Source: a virus
Lineage: Duplodnaviria > Heunggongvirae > Uroviricota > Caudoviricetes
Virus record (IMG/VR): IMGVR_UViG_2711768008_000004
Reading direction: 5' to 3' (one strand)
DNA: 9,874 nucleotides
Made by a program: the position numbers and the translations under genes. Every line of letters begins with the position of its first letter. Position 1 is the first letter of the stretch. The notes beneath the pieces are model-generated. The model was given only the letters and a program-made list of their open reading frames with translations. It was not told the origin of the DNA and did no database searches. This document shows positions 6,691-9,874 of the stretch, piece by piece.

Positions 6691-8420
6691 GCCGGAAATC
6701 TTACCCCAACGTAAATGCTGCAAATCAGTATGCCCGGGATGTCGTGCGCGGAAAGATTGTTGCCTGCCAGTTTGTGATTCAGGCCTGCCAGCGCCATCTT
6801 GATGACCTGATGGCGGAAAAAAGTAAGTCGTTTCGTTACCGCTTCGACAAGGACCTGGCTGAACGGGCCGCGAAATTTATTCAGCTGTTGCCGCACACCA
6901 AGGGGGAGTGGGCATTCAAACGGATGCCCATCACGCTGGAGCCGTGGCAGCTATTTGTGATCTGCTGTGCGTTTGGCTGGGTCAATAAAGGCACCCGGTT
7001 GCGCCGCTTCCGGGAGGTGTACACCGAAATCCCCCGTAAGAACGGCAAATCAGCAATCTCTGCCGGTGTTGCCCTGTATTGTTTTGCCTGTGATAACGAG
7101 TTTGGCGCGGAAGTGTATTCCGGTGCCACGACAGAGAAACAGGCGTGGGAAGTCTTTCGCCCGGCGCGACTGATGTGTAAACGCACACCCATGCTGACGG
7201 AAGCGTTCGGGATTGAGGTTAACGCCTCAAACATGAACCGTCCGGAGGATGGCGCGCGGTTTGAACCGCTGATCGGCAACCCAGGTGATGGTTCATCACC
7301 CCACTGTGCCGTGGTTGATGAATATCACGAGCATGCCACCGATGCGCTTTATACCACAATGCTTACCGGGATGGGGGCGCGACGTCAGCCACTGATGTGG
7401 GCCATCACCACCGCCGGGTACAACATTGAGGGGCCGTGCTACGACAAGCGGCGGGAAGTCATCGAGATGCTCAACGGCTCGGTGCCTAACGATGAACTGT
7501 TCGGGATCATCTATACCGTTGATGAAGGTGACGACTGGACCGGCCCGCAGGTGCTGGAAAAAGCCAATCCAAATATTGGCGTGTCGGTTTATCGCGAATT
7601 TTTGTTAAGTCAGCAGCAGCGTGCGAAAAATAACGCCCGTCTGGCAAACGTCTTTAAAACAAAACACCTCAATATCTGGGTGTCGGCGCGTTCGGCGTAT
7701 TTCAACTTGGTGAGCTGGCAGAGCTGCGAGGATAAATCACTGACCCTTGAGCAGTTCGAGGGGCAGCCGTGCATTCTGGCCTTTGACCTGGCGCGTAAGC
7801 TGGATATGAACAGCATGGCGCGACTTTATACCCGCGAGATTGACGGTAAAACGCATTACTACAGTGTGGCCCCGCGTTTCTGGGTACCGTATGACACGGT
7901 GTACAGCGTCGAGAAAAATGAAGATCGACGGACAGCCGAACGCTTTCAGAAATGGGTGGAAATGGGCGTTCTGACCGTTACCGATGGTGCGGAGGTGGAT
8001 TATCGCTACATCCTCGAGGAGGCCAAAGCGGCGAACAAAATCAGCCCGGTCAGTGAGTCACCCATCGACCCCTTCGGGGCGACCGGGTTGTCACATGACC
8101 TTGCTGATGAAGACCTGAATCCCGTCACTATCGTCCAGAACTTCACCAATATGTCCGATCCGATGAAAGAGCTGGAAGCAGCGATTGAATCGGGACGTTT
8201 TCATCATGACGGCAATCCCATCATGACCTGGTGTATCGGCAACGTGGTCGGCAAAAACATGCCGGGTAACGATGATGTGGTGAAACCCGTCAAAGAGCAG
8301 GCGGAAAACAAAATCGATGGTGCAGTTGCGCTGATTATGGCGGTTGGCAGAGCCATGCTGTACGAGAAAGAAGACACGCTGTCTGACCACATTGAGTCCT
8401 ACGGGATCCGCTCGCTTTAA
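6687..8420 (+). CDS. Terminase large subunit (ATPase plus nuclease)
   Basis: 577 aa. Walker A-like [12 protein letters not shown]. Conserved acidic nuclease-domain residues in the C-terminal half. Gene order HNH - TerS - TerL - portal. Confidence 0.9.
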   Translation: MSRKSYPNVNAANQYARDVVRGKIVACQFVIQACQRHLDDLMAEKSKSFRYRFDKDLAERAAKFIQLLPHTKGEWAFKRMPITLEPWQLFVICCAFGWVNKGTRLRRFREVYTEIPRKNGKSAISAGVALYCFACDNEFGAEVYSGATTEKQAWEVFRPARLMCKRTPMLTEAFGIEVNASNMNRPEDGARFEPLIGNPGDGSSPHCAVVDEYHEHATDALYTTMLTGMGARRQPLMWAITTAGYNIEGPCYDKRREVIEMLNGSVPNDELFGIIYTVDEGDDWTGPQVLEKANPNIGVSVYREFLLSQQQRAKNNARLANVFKTKHLNIWVSARSAYFNLVSWQSCEDKSLTLEQFEGQPCILAFDLARKLDMNSMARLYTREIDGKTHYYSVAPRFWVPYDTVYSVEKNEDRRTAERFQKWVEMGVLTVTDGAEVDYRYILEEAKAANKISPVSESPIDPFGATGLSHDLADEDLNPVTIVQNFTNMSDPMKELEAAIESGRFHHDGNPIMTWCIGNVVGKNMPGNDDVVKPVKEQAENKIDGAVALIMAVGRAMLYEKEDTLSDHIESYGIRSL

Positions 8421-8431
8421 CTGAGGTAATT

Positions 8432-8614
8432 ATGATCATGCTGATTCTCGCGCCTCTGGTGGGCGTGCTGGGTGCGCTTTTGCTGGCGTATGGTGCCTGG
8501 CTGATTTATCCCCCGGCGGGTTTTGTTGTTGCCGGGGCGCTGTGCCTGTTCTGGTCGTGGCTGGTGGCGCGATATCTCGACCGTACACGGCAGTCTGTCG
8601 GCGGAGGTAAATAG
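8432..8614 (+). CDS. Small hydrophobic membrane protein (60 aa, two predicted TM helices); function unknown
   Basis: ATG 8432 with GAGG at 8423-8426. Sequence [60 protein letters not shown] has two hydrophobic stretches and a basic tail. Stop TAG 8612-8614 overlaps a GTG preceded by GGAGG (8603-8607). Confidence 0.5.
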   Translation: MIMLILAPLVGVLGALLLAYGAWLIYPPAGFVVAGALCLFWSWLVARYLDRTRQSVGGGK

Positions 8615-9770
8615 TGTTCTTTTCGGGATTATTTCAACGAAAAAGCGATGTGCCGGTGACCACGCCAGCAGAACTGCTGATGCTATCGGGCTGTCATACG
8701 ACACCTATACCGGAAAGCGGATCAGTAGCCAGCGGGCCATGCGCCTGACGGCGGTCTATTCTTGCGTCAGGGTGCTGGCAGAGTCTGTTGGTATGCTGCC
8801 CTGCAGTCTCTACAAAATCAGCGGTACCCTGAAAACACGGGCGGTGGATGAACGACTGCATAAGTTGGTTTCGGCAAAACCTAATGGCTACATGACACCG
8901 CAGGAATTCTGGGAGCTGGTTATTGTCTGCCTGTGTCTACGGGGGAATTTTTACGCCTACAAGGTAAAGGCACTGGGAGAAGTGGTGGAGCTTCTTCCGA
9001 TAGATCCGGGCTGTGTGGAACCGAAGCTGAACAGCCAGTGGCAGCCGGTTTATCAGGTGACGTTTCCGGATGGTTCCGTGGATGTGTTGACCCAGAATGA
9101 AATCTGGCATGTGCGCACCCTGACGCTGGATGGACTTGTCGGGCTGAATCCCATTGCGTATGCGCGTGAGGCCATTTCACTGGCAGCGGCAACCGAGGAG
9201 CACGGTGCCAGGTTGTTTAGTAATGGTGCGGTGACATCCGGTGTGTTGCGTACGGAACAAAAGCTCACGCCGGATGCTTACGAGCGTCTGAAGAAAGATT
9301 TTGAGGAGTGTCACACGGGGCTTGGCAATGCTCACCGCCCGATGATTCTGGAAATGGGGCTGGACTGGAAGTCGATGGCGCTGAACGCCGAGGACAGTCA
9401 GTTCCTGGAAACCCGCAAGTTTCAGCTGGAAGAAATCTGTCGTCTGTTCCGGGTGCCGTTGCACATGGTGCAGAACACCGATCGCGCCACCTTCAACAAT
9501 ATCGAAGAGCTGGGGCTGGGATTTATCAACTATTCACTGGTGCCGTATCTGACCCGCATCGAACAGCGGATCAACACCGGACTGGTACGAAAAAGTAAGC
9601 AGGGCGTTTATTACGCCAAATTTAACGCCGGGGCGTTACTGCGCGGGGATATGAAGTCCCGTTTTGAAGCCTACGCCACCGGGATCAACTGGGGAATTTA
9701 CTCTTCCAATGACTGCCGCGACCTGGAAGATATGAATCCGCGTCCCGGTGGTGTAATGCCGATCAGTTAA
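8614..9770 (+). CDS. Portal protein, HK97 family; 5' end shows a reading-frame discontinuity (probable frameshift or sequencing error near 8700-8720). Uninterrupted in-frame core is 8739..9770
   Basis: Long ORF (frame of 8523..9770) has the portal signature …AMRLTAVYSCVRVLAESVGMLPCSLYK… First well-placed in-frame ATG is 8739, with no RBS. A GTG at 8614 with GGAGG 6 nt upstream opens a different frame that reads MFFSGLFQRKSDVPVTTPAELLMLSGCHTTPIPE… and stops at 8746-8748. The upstream part of the long frame (from ATG 8523) is C/W/R-rich and not protein-like. Confidence 0.8.
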
Positions 9771-9804
9771 GGATCAGTTGACCGATCCAGTGGCTGTGTA
9801 AGAA

Positions 9805-9837
9805 TCCGGAAACGCTCACTTGTTTCCGGATTTTTTT
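9805..9837 (+). terminator. Intrinsic terminator-like hairpin after the portal gene
   Basis: TCCGGAAAC (9805-9813), loop GCTCACTT, GTTTCCGGA (9822-9830), then TTTTTTT (9831-9837). Confidence 0.55.
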
Positions 9838-9874
9838 ATGCACATTGGACAGGCTCTTGATCTGGTATCCCGTT

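Noticed and set aside
8523-8738. ATG 8523 as the portal start (longest-ORF call)
   Set aside because: The first ~70 codons overlap the small membrane ORF in another frame and are C/W/R-rich. The plausible N-terminus is in a different frame starting at GTG 8614.

Overview
This window reads as the early-to-late junction and late region of a lambdoid (HK97 / phage-21-like) enterobacterial prophage, all on the + strand. In order: a DnaB-family replicative helicase, a small coiled-coil ORF, the RusA resolvase and a Q antiterminator (all with overlapping stop/start codons); a candidate late promoter PR' and short terminator tR'; a self-contained cargo gene (ORF6N/antirepressor-like); four tRNA genes (CAU, Arg-UCU, Thr-UGU, Gly-UCC); a 363-nt run of N (4259-4621); a lysis cassette (phage-21-type pinholin 3' end, SAR endolysin, Rz with embedded Rz1); an HNH endonuclease; a GC-rich dyad that may be cos; terminase small and large subunits; a small two-helix membrane ORF; and an HK97-family portal gene followed by a terminator. 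I did not find CRISPR arrays, integrase, transposase or a recognisable defence system. Points worth a second look are an apparent reading-frame break in the 5' end of the portal gene, the cargo gene with its own promoter and terminator, the tRNA set that decodes only A-ending codons, the small membrane ORF inside the packaging module, and the N-run that hides the holin start. All protein assignments rest on motifs and recalled family sequences, not on any database search.
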